Origin: Candidatus Methylacidiphilales bacterium
GTDB taxonomy: Bacteria > Verrucomicrobiota > Verrucomicrobiia > Methylacidiphilales > JAAUTS01
Assembly (NCBI GenBank): GCA_028713655.1
Contig: JAQTNW010000001.1
Span: forward strand, 68,465 to 132,464
DNA: 64,000 nt
Reading direction: 5' to 3'
Position numbers and translations under genes: made by a program. Shown piece after piece: positions 9,474-18,397 of the stretch. The notes below the pieces were generated by a model. The model was not told the origin of the DNA and made no database searches. It saw nothing but the letters and a program-made list of their open reading frames with translations. Each line of letters starts with the position of its first letter. The first letter of the stretch is position 1.

Positions 9474-10471
9474 ATCTTCTGTTGTTCTTGCAATTTGGAA
9501 CCGACCCCATTGGGCAATCCGTCGCGAAAGGTGCCGAACACTTGATCGAGCGGCAGGGTGGCCTCGCCATAATTACATTCAAAGTAGCGATGATGCAGGT
9601 AATGAAAGTAGGATCCGGTGGGCAGCTTGCCTTCCAGAAGGGGCCCCTCGAACCCGTGATGTCCGGCGGCAGGCGTGAGCGCCGTGTGTTGGGAATTGAA
9701 GAGCAGATGGATGGGGTGCGACGGAATCACGAGGTGAATCAGCACGACGCTGAAATACAAAATATGCTCGATCGGATGCATGGCCAAACCGGACCAGGGC
9801 CCCGGGTTGACATTTTTGTGATGGAGATAATGCACCATCTTGTACAGCGGCTTCCAGTGGATTGCGCGGTGAATCCAATAAAAATGGAACTCGCGCCAAA
9901 ATGGAATGGCACACAACCATACGGCGAAGTAAGCGGGATGTGCCGACCAGTTTATGTACGGGATCCATTTGTTGGCCCATGCCCACATGAAAAACACCTC
10001 GTAGGCCGTCCACACGGTGCAACCGCTGACACAACTCCAAAAGATGTTGTCATAGACCTGATTGCGAAAAAGGAACGAGGGGTTGCCCACGCCGGGCCAG
10101 CGGGGGTCATACTTGCGCTTTGTGCCCTGCACTTTCAGGATATAGAGCAACAAGTGCCAGCCGCCCGCGGTCAGCCACAACAGCCCGAGATTGCGCACGT
10201 ACATCAATCCGATCCAATCCGGCCTTAAATGGACACAGCGCGACAGCGGGGGCTGCAGAAAAAACCAGGTGCACAATGTGATGAGAAGATAAACGGAATT
10301 CCACGGCCACAGGAAACCGGGATAAGAGAGCAGCCATTTGAGGGCATCGCGCGGGCGTGGAGGCCAGGTGAAGATCGGTGCGAATTTAACCGGGTAAGGC
10401 GGACGCCATTCACCCTTGGTATTGCGAAATCCGGATTGGTTTGCTTCGGCCTGGAAATTGTCACCCGCCAT
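9470..10471 (-). CDS. fatty acid hydroxylase / sterol desaturase family membrane protein
   Basis: 333 aa with TM helices and histidine boxes HRAIH, HYLHHKNV and HYLHHRYFECNYG. Confidence 0.75.
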   Translation of the reverse strand: MAGDNFQAEANQSGFRNTKGEWRPPYPVKFAPIFTWPPRPRDALKWLLSYPGFLWPWNSVYLLITLCTWFFLQPPLSRCVHLRPDWIGLMYVRNLGLLWLTAGGWHLLLYILKVQGTKRKYDPRWPGVGNPSFLFRNQVYDNIFWSCVSGCTVWTAYEVFFMWAWANKWIPYINWSAHPAYFAVWLCAIPFWREFHFYWIHRAIHWKPLYKMVHYLHHKNVNPGPWSGLAMHPIEHILYFSVVLIHLVIPSHPIHLLFNSQHTALTPAAGHHGFEGPLLEGKLPTGSYFHYLHHRYFECNYGEATLPLDQVFGTFRDGLPNGVGSKLQEQQKI

Positions 10472-10575
10472 GTCTCGGTCCTTTCGTTATGACGCCATTT
10501 TCTAAGCTCATATAGGGCAGGCTACGATGCGGGGATGCGCCTGAAAATGGACAATCCGCCCAAAAAGATGGACTT

Positions 10576-11607
10576 TTGTTTCACACACAGGCTGCTAAAA
10601 AATCCGATGTGAAGAAGACCCGGCGGGCCAAGGAACTTGTTTTGTCCCAGTTGCTGAAGGAACTGAAGAAGTCGAAGCAACGCCTGGAAGACGTACCGGC
10701 CGCTGTTTTACGGGAGGCGCAAAAGCGCGGGTTTCCCGACATGCGTGCGGCTTTCCTGCCGCCGCCGGGCATCCGCAGGTCCTTGCGGCAACCCCTCCTG
10801 CGCGATCTTCTCGTAACGCGCATCGGCTATTGCAGCCGGGCGGCGGGCCATTATATCCCACGGCCCGAAGGCAGCATGGATCACATCCTGCACTATTGCG
10901 TCGGGGGCAGGGGTTGGCTGAGCCTCTCGGGGCGGCGCTGGGATGTTGCCGCGGGCACGGCGTTCCTCCTCCCGCGTGGAGTGCCGCACATCTACGGTGC
11001 GGATACTAACGACCCGTGGTCCATCTACTGGATTCACTTTACCGGCCGGCAGGCGGACGAATTTTTTGAGATCCTGCAGGTCTCCGCCGAACGGCCCTTG
11101 TTGAATCTGCCCTGCACCGAGGAGATATTGTCCGCATTGCGGCTGGTCGAAACTCACATGGCCGGTGGACATGAGCGATTCAACCTCATTGCGGCCAGCA
11201 CGGCGCTGGCTGGTTTTTTGGGGTTGATCCATCTGCGACAGTCTGTCATGAAGCAGCGGGAGCGAACGACGGAGGAAAACATCCAGGAAACCATCGACTT
11301 CATGCGCGCGAACCTCGCCCGGCCGATTTCATTGCGTGAACTGGCGCAACTGGCGCATATGTCGGTAAGCCGTTATGAGACGGCCTTTACCCGGAGCACG
11401 GGTTGCTCATCCATTCATTATTTCAACCGGATGAAAATCGAGAAAGCCTGCCGTCTGCTGAGCGAGACCCAACTGCCTGCCAAAACGATCTGCGCTGAAA
11501 TCGGCTATGAGGATCCGTATTATTTTTCGAGGCTGTTCAAGAAAATGGTCGGTGTTTCCCCGGCGTATTATCGAAATCCGGCCCGATCCCGATTGTCTGT
11601 GAAGTAG
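10576..11607 (+). CDS. AraC family transcriptional regulator (cupin-like sensor + HTH)
   Basis: C-terminal AraC HTH (ISLRELAQLAHMSVSRYETAF ... YEDPYYFSRLFKKMVGVSPAYYR). Divergent from the 8229-10471 operon. Start codon uncertain. Confidence 0.8.
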   Translation: MFHTQAAKKSDVKKTRRAKELVLSQLLKELKKSKQRLEDVPAAVLREAQKRGFPDMRAAFLPPPGIRRSLRQPLLRDLLVTRIGYCSRAAGHYIPRPEGSMDHILHYCVGGRGWLSLSGRRWDVAAGTAFLLPRGVPHIYGADTNDPWSIYWIHFTGRQADEFFEILQVSAERPLLNLPCTEEILSALRLVETHMAGGHERFNLIAASTALAGFLGLIHLRQSVMKQRERTTEENIQETIDFMRANLARPISLRELAQLAHMSVSRYETAFTRSTGCSSIHYFNRMKIEKACRLLSETQLPAKTICAEIGYEDPYYFSRLFKKMVGVSPAYYRNPARSRLSVK

Positions 11608-11941
11608 TCGGAACATGGGTGCGAGCGGGAGACGCGGAAGAAAGGAGAAGCCAGGAGTCAGAAGTCAGAATCCGGCTTAAAACATTTTAGCAGGAAGATC
11701 GCAAAAGCCGTGGAGGAATGATGATTGCTGATCTATGATTGCTGAAGGCTGAGAGCTGACAGCCGAAAGCCGCTCTGATCTGAGTTCGTGTTTGATTTGC
11801 TTGCCAGAAACTTTGGAAATGGCCTACTATCGCACCCCTGTGAGGACGGCAACGGTGGACCTGTTGGGTTACCTTTTGGCGGTTGCGTCGAATCACAGAT
11901 TTGGGATTTTAATGCGCAAGCCCATTGAAATCAAGCACTTG

Positions 11942-12013
11942 GCCGAAGTAGCTCAGCGGTAGAGCAACGGTTTCGTAAACCGTGGGTCACGGGTTCGATC
12001 CCCGTCTTCGGCT
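11942..12013 (+). tRNA. tRNA-Thr (anticodon CGT)
   Basis: Cloverleaf: GCCGAAG TA GCTC AGCGGTA GAGC A ACGGT TTCGTAA ACCGT GGGTC ACGGG TTCGATC CCCGT CTTCGGC T. Confidence 0.9.
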
Positions 12014-12105
12014 CTCTCCTGGCGGATTCCGCGCTGTGACGCACTTGAGTCATGGGGGAACATTGAAATTGAGAATCGCCCTCCAGTATGCGTCAATAGC
12101 AGCCA

Positions 12106-12849
12106 TTGATTCCAATTTTCAACAAGGTGACCGGCTTTTCATTTAAACGAGTCTCGAAGGGTGTGTGGTTGATATTGCTTCCACTCTTGTTGTTATTATT
12201 TTGGTATTTTCCAATCGTCAATGTTCCCGTAAGAATCGCCACATTGGTCACAGCAGCGCTTGTTGTGGGCGAATCCATTTTTCTTGCCTGGCGGTTTAGA
12301 TTGTTTCGGTGGCTTTTGGTTGTCTGTTACATTCTGTTCGCGGCGTTTATTCTTTTGCCGTCGCGACCCATTCAAAATCGTCCTGATTTGCGAGCCGCGT
12401 ACTGCAACGAATTGGAATCCTATCTGGGTAGTCCGTATTTCTGGGGTGGCGAAGGGCGTTTTGGCATTGATTGCTCCGGGTTGGTGCGTCGCGGAATGGA
12501 AGACGCGCTGGTTTCCAGCGGCTTCCATTGTCTGGATTCGAGTCTGCTGCGCCAAGGGATTTTATTATGGTGGCAAGACACAAATGCAAAGGGAATTGGC
12601 GAAGGATACTCAGGGAAGACCCATCTTATTACAACATGCCGAAGCCTGAACGAACTTGATTACTCGTTGCTGTTGCCCGGCGATTTGGCGGTTACAGCGT
12701 CAGATACGCATGTCATGGCCTATCTGGGTAAAAAGACCTGGATTGCTGCAGATCCAAGCGAGATGCGGGTCACTAAATTCAGTATTCCAGAAAAGAATCT
12801 GTATTTTAATTCTCCAGCGCGAATCGTGCGGTGGAGCATGTTGGAATAA
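12106..12849 (+). CDS. NlpC/P60 (C40) family peptidase with N-terminal TM helices
   Basis: Catalytic-Cys context YFWGGEGRFGIDCSGLVRRG and downstream His (GDLAVTASDTHVMAYLG). Three N-terminal hydrophobic helices. Confidence 0.75.
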   Translation: MIPIFNKVTGFSFKRVSKGVWLILLPLLLLLFWYFPIVNVPVRIATLVTAALVVGESIFLAWRFRLFRWLLVVCYILFAAFILLPSRPIQNRPDLRAAYCNELESYLGSPYFWGGEGRFGIDCSGLVRRGMEDALVSSGFHCLDSSLLRQGILLWWQDTNAKGIGEGYSGKTHLITTCRSLNELDYSLLLPGDLAVTASDTHVMAYLGKKTWIAADPSEMRVTKFSIPEKNLYFNSPARIVRWSMLE

Positions 12850-13033
12850 TAACAACGCTCGTATGCGGCGTGGTATTTCGCAGTAAACCGAGAATTTCAT
12901 TTACCCTCTGTTTGCTCCTGTTAAAAAGTTTCCCGCCTTCGTCCGGCGAGACGGACGTTTTGCATTTGTATTAACGACATGTCGCGCGCGGGGAAAGCGT
13001 CGTCGTGCCGCCGCAGTCCAAAAATCTGGGGTT

Positions 13034-13168
13034 ATCTGCGGTTAAAAAAGGTATTTCTAGCGTCTTTGCGTTAAAAGGCCTTCACTTTGTGATCTTTGCG
13101 ATCTTCCTGTATAAAACGTGCGGCTTTCGGAGAGTTGGAGATGGAGTTTGAGCAAGACTAAGCGGCTC
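13034..13168. repeat. dispersed repeat family C, copy 2 (inverted relative to 7410-7520)
   Basis: The reverse complement of 13071-13168 aligns to 7410-7505. atctgcggttaaaaa (13034-13048) is the reverse complement of tttttaaccgcagat at 7502-7516. Confidence 0.8.
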
Positions 13169-13323
13169 AAACACGTTGCAGGCGATTTGTGTAAAAGCAT
13201 CTATTTTACGCTGTTTCCAAGCAGGTTAGGGGGTTTAGCTCAAATTCATTGAATCAGGCGCCCGGTATTTTCGTGTAATAAGTGAGGCCAATTTAAAACA
13301 GTGCCTCGGATTGTGAGGATAAA

Positions 13324-14097
13324 ATGAAGCAGCCCGAACACGAAGAAGACCCTCTCGACGTCCAATTGTTGGTTGTTATTACAGAAAATGGGATCACGAC
13401 CCTTCCCGAATTAATCGAAGCCATCACCCCGGGGATGCAGCCGAAAATCGCGCAGTTGATCCACGACTTGTGCGAGAGTTCCTGCGGCAATTTCAAATCC
13501 CCGGGGTATCCCGGCTGGTTTCATACGCTCAACCGCAACGTGCTCAGCCTCTTTATTTCCAAAAACCTTGATGGAAACAAAATTGAACATTTTCAGATTG
13601 GCTATGTGCTCGGGTTGATGGCGGCCCTATACCCAGGTTTGAGGACGGACGACCTGCTCGGCGCAAACAAAAAAATGGCGCCGGGTTTGTTAAAACCGTT
13701 TGATATCTTCAAGCAAATAACCGGAGTGCTGGACAATCATTATCGGCTGTCGGATTCCGTGGAAAAATCCGGAAAGTATTTTGAAGGCCGCGGGGCCGGG
13801 CTAAAAGCGGGCCTGCGATTTGAAAGGCCGCTTCACGACGGGCCCGCAACCTTTGCGCTGCAGGTTATGATCCTGATTTTATGGAGGAGGATCTCCAAAA
13901 TGTCGTCCATTTCGGAGCTGTACGAATTTCTTGCCGGCGCCCTGCCGCAAAATCTCGCGGGGTGTGAGGTTGGAAGGCTTGCGAAATTTTCCCGCCGCAA
14001 TGGGATCAAGCCGAGGCAAAGAGCGCCGCAAAACAGAAATTTGGGAGATCGTTTGTGGGCATGCCGGTCATTGGAACAGCCGTTCAAGTCCGAGTGA
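13324..14097 (+). CDS. hypothetical protein
   Basis: 257-aa ORF with coding-like composition and no recognisable motif. Confidence 0.45.
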   Translation: MKQPEHEEDPLDVQLLVVITENGITTLPELIEAITPGMQPKIAQLIHDLCESSCGNFKSPGYPGWFHTLNRNVLSLFISKNLDGNKIEHFQIGYVLGLMAALYPGLRTDDLLGANKKMAPGLLKPFDIFKQITGVLDNHYRLSDSVEKSGKYFEGRGAGLKAGLRFERPLHDGPATFALQVMILILWRRISKMSSISELYEFLAGALPQNLAGCEVGRLAKFSRRNGIKPRQRAPQNRNLGDRLWACRSLEQPFKSE

Positions 14098-14108
14098 ATT
14101 TTACGCGC

Positions 14109-14279
14109 TATGTTTGGGATTAGGGCGCCCTTACAGGGCTTGATGAGATTTATTATGTCGTGGTTCCCAGGGTGGTTACCCTGGGCTGGTGTTGGGTTGC
14201 CCCGTTGGGGCTTTTAGTGCGGGAAGGTTAAACGGATTGCAACGGCAATACCGCTGGTGTTGGATTGCCCCGTTGGGGC
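14109..14279 (+). repeat. REP-bearing segment, left copy of a 171-bp direct repeat flanking the RAYT gene
   Basis: ctatgtttgggattagggcgcccttacagggcttgatgagatttattatgtcgtggttcccagggtg.ttaccctgggctggtgttgggttgccccgttggggcttttagtgcgggaaggttaaacggattgcaacggcaataccgctggtgttgg.ttgccccgttgggg recurs at 14918-15088. Contains hairpins cccaggg/ccctggg and gcccc-gtt-ggggc. Confidence 0.85.
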
Positions 14280-14479
14280 GGGCGAGTGTCGTCGTATTAT
14301 TACATTTCTGAAGCGGCCAATGTCATGTTCTTGCTTTAAACCAAGACCATGAAGCTGGCTTATTGATATGAGCATACCGTTTTCAGCCCCAACGGGGCAT
14401 CCTAATTTCAGCCCAGGGCAACGCCCTGGGAAAAGCAGGCACACAAAAATAGCCAAGCCCTGAAAGGGCGCTCCAATCC

Positions 14480-14932
14480 ATGTCACAATCCCTCGCGCGA
14501 TTGCATGTTCATCTCATCTTTAGCACCAAAAACCGTGAACCTGTACTGCATGACACCGTCCGCAATTCTCTGCACCGTTATATGGCAACGATTCTGCAAA
14601 ATTTTGATTGCCCGCCCGTTCTCATTAATTCAGTTGAGGATCATGTTCACGTTCTCTTTGAGCTTGGCCGTGCGGTTGCGGTCAGTGATGCGGTTAAAGA
14701 AGTCAAAAGGGCTTCCTCGAAATGGATTAAAACCCAGGGCGGAGAGTTTGCAGAGTTTGCGTGGCAGGCTGGATATGGGGCGTTTGGAGTTTCAGAATCA
14801 AATGTCGTGCCCGTGCGTGAGTACATTGCCCGCCAACGGGAACACCACCATAAAAAAACATTTCAGGAAGAATATCGGGATTTTCTTAAACGGTATCGTG
14901 TGGTTTTTGACGAAAGGTATGTTTGGGATTAG
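14480..14932 (+). CDS. IS200/IS605-type Y1 (HUH) transposase, REP-associated tyrosine transposase (RAYT)-like
   Basis: 150 aa. HUH motif DHVHVLFEL (also HVHLIFSTKNR) and the FAWQAGYGAFGVS tyrosine region typical of Y1_Tnp proteins. Flanked by palindromic REP-like repeats. Confidence 0.85.
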   Translation: MSQSLARLHVHLIFSTKNREPVLHDTVRNSLHRYMATILQNFDCPPVLINSVEDHVHVLFELGRAVAVSDAVKEVKRASSKWIKTQGGEFAEFAWQAGYGAFGVSESNVVPVREYIARQREHHHKKTFQEEYRDFLKRYRVVFDERYVWD

Positions 14933-15299
14933 GGCGCCCTTACAGGGCTTGATGAGATTTATTATGTCGTGGTTCCCAGGGTGTTTACCCTGGGCTGGTG
15001 TTGGGTTGCCCCGTTGGGGCTTTTAGTGCGGGAAGGTTAAACGGATTGCAACGGCAATACCGCTGGTGTTGGGTTGCCCCGTTGGGGCTTGGAGAGCGGG
15101 AAGGTTAAACGGATTGCAACGGCAATACCGCTGGTGTTGGGTTGCCCCGTTGGGGCTTTTAGTGCGGGAAGGTTAAACGGATTGCAACGGCAATACCGCT
15201 GGTGTTGGGTTGCCCCGTTGGGGCTTGGAGAGCGGGAAGGTTAAACGGATTGCAACGGCAATACCGCTGGTGTTGGGTTGCCCCTTTGGGGCTTTGGGA
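14918..15299 (+). repeat. right copy of the 171-bp repeat, extended into a tandem array of four 68-bp REP units
   Basis: Units start at 15028, 15096, 15164 and 15232 (gcgggaaggttaaacggattgcaacggcaataccgctggtgttgggttgccccgttggggctt + alternating ttagt/ggaga spacers). Each unit holds hairpins attgc-aacg-gcaat and gcccc-gtt-ggggc. No unique spacers, so this is not CRISPR. Confidence 0.9.
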
Positions 15300-15330
15300 G
15301 CATGACTGGCAAAACCCAAATACAAGGCTG

Positions 15331-15831
15331 TTAGGCCGCACTTTTGGGGCCGGGGTTAGCCGCGCCCAGCCTGCGTGAACAGGTTCCCGTGGTTTGAAGT
15401 TCCTCGCAGTTGCCCTCGATCCGGAGGCGGACCGCGCCGGGCCGGAAGCCGAGCCCCTTGGCCAGCACGCTTTCCCGCACGTCCAGGCAATAGTCCTCGA
15501 ACTCGACGATCTTGTCGCAATCCAGGCAGATGATGTGGTTGTGGTTTGGATGCGTGGCGTAGTTGGGATCGTAGTAGGTCTGGCCTTTCCCAAGATCCAA
15601 TTCCCGCAGAAGCCCGCTTTTGACCAGCACCGGAAGGGTGCGGTAGATCGTGGCGCGGGAAACGGAGGAGTCGATGCCCCGGGCGCGGCTCAGCAATTCC
15701 TCCGCCGTGTAGTGTTCGGAAGTGTTGAATGCGGCCTCAATGATGGCCTTGCGCTGGGAAGTCAGGCGCAGGCCGTTGCTTTCCATGAAGCCGATAATTT
15801 TTTCTTTAATCTCGGGTCCGGGCTCGGTCAT
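15331..15831 (-). CDS. fur: Fur family transcriptional repressor
   Basis: 166 aa. wHTH region RLTSQRKAIIEAAFNTSEHYTAEELL...SRATIYRTL and metal-site motif HNHIICLDCDKIVEF. Confidence 0.85.
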   Translation of the reverse strand: MTEPGPEIKEKIIGFMESNGLRLTSQRKAIIEAAFNTSEHYTAEELLSRARGIDSSVSRATIYRTLPVLVKSGLLRELDLGKGQTYYDPNYATHPNHNHIICLDCDKIVEFEDYCLDVRESVLAKGLGFRPGAVRLRIEGNCEELQTTGTCSRRLGAANPGPKSAA

Positions 15832-15883
15832 GGGATGAACTTAGCATGACCTTGGCGGCTGTGACAAAAGATTTCCGCAGAGG

Positions 15884-16822
15884 TCAATTCGCAGGGAACT
15901 GGCCGTTGGTTTCGCCCGTTGTATCCTTCAAGGTTTTCAGGAATCGTTTCATGGCGGGCGAGAGAACGCGTCCGCTCTTGTAGATGATGCCCAGCGGGCG
16001 ATGGTAGGGTTTGCCTTTGAATTCAATACAGGAGAGGCTCTTGCCCTTGACTTCCTGCTCGATTGTTGCGCGCGGCACAATTGAAATCCCGGCGTCAATT
16101 TCAACGGCGCGTTTGACGGTTTCAATGTTGTCAAATTCCATCACCGGTTTGGGTTCGTATCCGGCTTCGCGGAACATTTTATCAACCGCGCGGCGGGTCG
16201 GGATGTCGGGCTCAAAACCGATCAATTTGTAGGGGGCCAGTTCGGTGATCTCGATTTCGCTCTTGCTGCTCAGGGGATGAGTCGGAGCGCAAATGACAAC
16301 CAGGCGGTCCTTTTTGAACGACTCGGTTTTCAGGTTTTTCTTTTGCGCGGGGAACGCAACCATGCCGAGGTCGCAGGTGCCGGTTTGCACATCTTCGTAC
16401 ACCTGGTTCGAGCGGCGGTATTCGACATGCACGTTGACATTCGGGAATTCCTTGAGGAAGGATTTGAGATACGGGGGCAGCTCGTGCAGTCCAATGCTGT
16501 AAACCGTGGCGATGCGGATATTGCCGGAGACAATATTGCGCATTTCGTTGAACTGGTGCTGGAGGGAATCGAATTGGGTGATGATTTCCTTGCTGGCTTG
16601 GTAGAGCAAATCGCCTTCCCGGGTGAGGGCAAAGCGTTTGCTGCTGCGTTCGATGAGCGGAATCCGAAAGCGCTCTTCCATCGCTCGAATCTGCTGGCTG
16701 ACAGCGGACTGGGTGATATTATTGAGTTGCGCGGCTTTGCTGAAACTTTGAGATTCAACCAAGTCACGGAAAACGCGGAAAGATTCTACCTGCATGGATG
16801 TAAAATAAGCCGCTCTAATCAT
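15884..16822 (-). CDS. LysR family transcriptional regulator
   Basis: N-terminal HTH FRVFRDLVESQSFSKAAQLNNITQSAVSQQIRAMEE plus a LysR substrate-binding domain. Alternative start at 16795. Confidence 0.85.
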   Translation of the reverse strand: MIRAAYFTSMQVESFRVFRDLVESQSFSKAAQLNNITQSAVSQQIRAMEERFRIPLIERSSKRFALTREGDLLYQASKEIITQFDSLQHQFNEMRNIVSGNIRIATVYSIGLHELPPYLKSFLKEFPNVNVHVEYRRSNQVYEDVQTGTCDLGMVAFPAQKKNLKTESFKKDRLVVICAPTHPLSSKSEIEITELAPYKLIGFEPDIPTRRAVDKMFREAGYEPKPVMEFDNIETVKRAVEIDAGISIVPRATIEQEVKGKSLSCIEFKGKPYHRPLGIIYKSGRVLSPAMKRFLKTLKDTTGETNGQFPAN

Positions 16823-16866
16823 TAGTCAAGCTTTTAGGCGAAATAATCTTAACAATACGAATAATA

Positions 16867-17571
16867 GTGGGAGGAGTCATTAATTTGAAAGAGAGGTTGG
16901 AGGTCCTAAAGGGCGAGATTTTAGCTTGTTGTCAGAAGGCTGGCCGGAAATCCACAGAGGTTCGACTGGTACCCGCCTCCAAAGGGGTGGAGAGCGATGA
17001 CTTAAGGAAAGCTTATGATTTGGGTTTGAAAGTGTTCGGTGAAAACCGGGTGCAGGAGGCGCGTGTGAAACAGCCCCTTTTGCCGCCGGACATCGAATGG
17101 CATTTTATCGGGGGGTTGCAGCGGAACAAGGCGAAGGAGGCGGTGCGGCTTTTTGCCCTGATCCACTCGGTGGATTCGGTGGAGCTGGCCCGGGAGCTGG
17201 ACCGGAGGGCGGGGGAATCGGGGAAAGTGCAGCGGATTTTGATTGAAGTGAACATGGGAGGGGAAGCCTCAAAGCATGGCGTGGAACCCGGGATGGCAGG
17301 GCCTTTGGCGGAGGCCGCATGGGCTTGCAAGAATCTGGAACTAAGCGGCTTTATGACCGTGGCGCCCTACGAGGCGGACCTGGAGAAAGTGCGCCCGTAT
17401 TTTGCCGGGTTGCGCATGCTGCGCGATGAAATGGAGGCGTTTTCCGGCAAAAAACTGCCAGAGCTGTCGATGGGCATGAGCCATGATTACAAAGCCGCGA
17501 TCGAGGAGGGGGCGACAATCGTGCGCGTGGGCACGGCGTTGTTTGGCGCGCGGGTTGCGGCCGCGCCGTGA
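16867..17571 (+). CDS. yggS: YggS family pyridoxal-phosphate-dependent protein (PLP homeostasis)
   Basis: 234 aa from a GTG start. Motifs LVPASKGV, FGENRVQE, HFIGGLQRNKAK, SMGMSHDY and VRVGTALFG. Confidence 0.85.
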   Translation: MGGVINLKERLEVLKGEILACCQKAGRKSTEVRLVPASKGVESDDLRKAYDLGLKVFGENRVQEARVKQPLLPPDIEWHFIGGLQRNKAKEAVRLFALIHSVDSVELARELDRRAGESGKVQRILIEVNMGGEASKHGVEPGMAGPLAEAAWACKNLELSGFMTVAPYEADLEKVRPYFAGLRMLRDEMEAFSGKKLPELSMGMSHDYKAAIEEGATIVRVGTALFGARVAAAP

Positions 17572-17610
17572 AGCGGGAGGGCGGATTTGCCGGGGTTGAG
17601 GAGTTGAGGC

Positions 17611-18216
17611 ATGAAAAAAGGCGCCAAATTGGACGGGGATTTTTATCTGCGCGGCGACGTCGTCCGAATTGCCAAGGAATTGTTAGGCAAATCGCTCGTG
17701 ACGCAGTTTCAAGGGAAGCGGACGTCGGGGATGATTGTTGAGACGGAAGCCTACTGCGGGACCGACGACCGGGCCTGCCATGCGAACAACGGCCGGCGGA
17801 CGGCGCGCAACGACGTGATGTACGGCCCCGGCGGTCATGCGTATGTGTACCTGTGTTACGGGCTGCACCATTTGTTTAATGTGGTGACCAATCGCGAGGG
17901 GCGGGCCGATGCCGTGCTCATCCGGGCTTTGGTACCGCTGGAGAGGATTGATGTGATGCTGCGCCGCCGCAAGATGAAGGAATTGCAACCCCGTCTGGCT
18001 TCAGGGCCGGGGGCTCTGACTGAAGCGTTGGGCATACGCGTGAAGCACAACCGGACCGATCTGAGCGGCGCCAGCATTTGGATTGAGGATTGCGGGATTG
18101 AATTCGGGAAGAACGAGATTTGGGCCGGACCGCGTGTCGGTGTGTCGTATGCCGGCGAGCATTCCCTCCGGCCCTGGCGTTTTTGCGTGAAGACAAAGGA
18201 TGGTGTCATAAAATGA
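17611..18216 (+). CDS. DNA-3-methyladenine glycosylase (Mpg/AAG family)
   Basis: 201 aa. Motifs GMIVETEAYCG..D.ACHA and GHAYVYLCYGLHHLFNVV are typical of the AAG family. Confidence 0.85.
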   Translation: MKKGAKLDGDFYLRGDVVRIAKELLGKSLVTQFQGKRTSGMIVETEAYCGTDDRACHANNGRRTARNDVMYGPGGHAYVYLCYGLHHLFNVVTNREGRADAVLIRALVPLERIDVMLRRRKMKELQPRLASGPGALTEALGIRVKHNRTDLSGASIWIEDCGIEFGKNEIWAGPRVGVSYAGEHSLRPWRFCVKTKDGVIK

Positions 18217-18397
18217 AAACCTGAGCGCTGCGGGACTGGGCGATCAAACTCGCGCAGCCCTCAAACTTGATTGCCTTTAAGTCAAAGTTGGAGGCGTAAT
18301 GAGTCTGATAAGTACACTAACCGCGCCAGGAGAGGGTAAAATTAGGTCATAAAAGATACTTTACATATCTTTTTTAAGTCTTTAATATATCCAGATT

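Noticed and set aside
15028-15299. Regular tandem array that could be mistaken for a CRISPR array
   Set aside because: The 68-bp units are contiguous with no unique spacers, no cas genes are nearby, and the units match REP-type palindromes flanking the adjacent RAYT gene.
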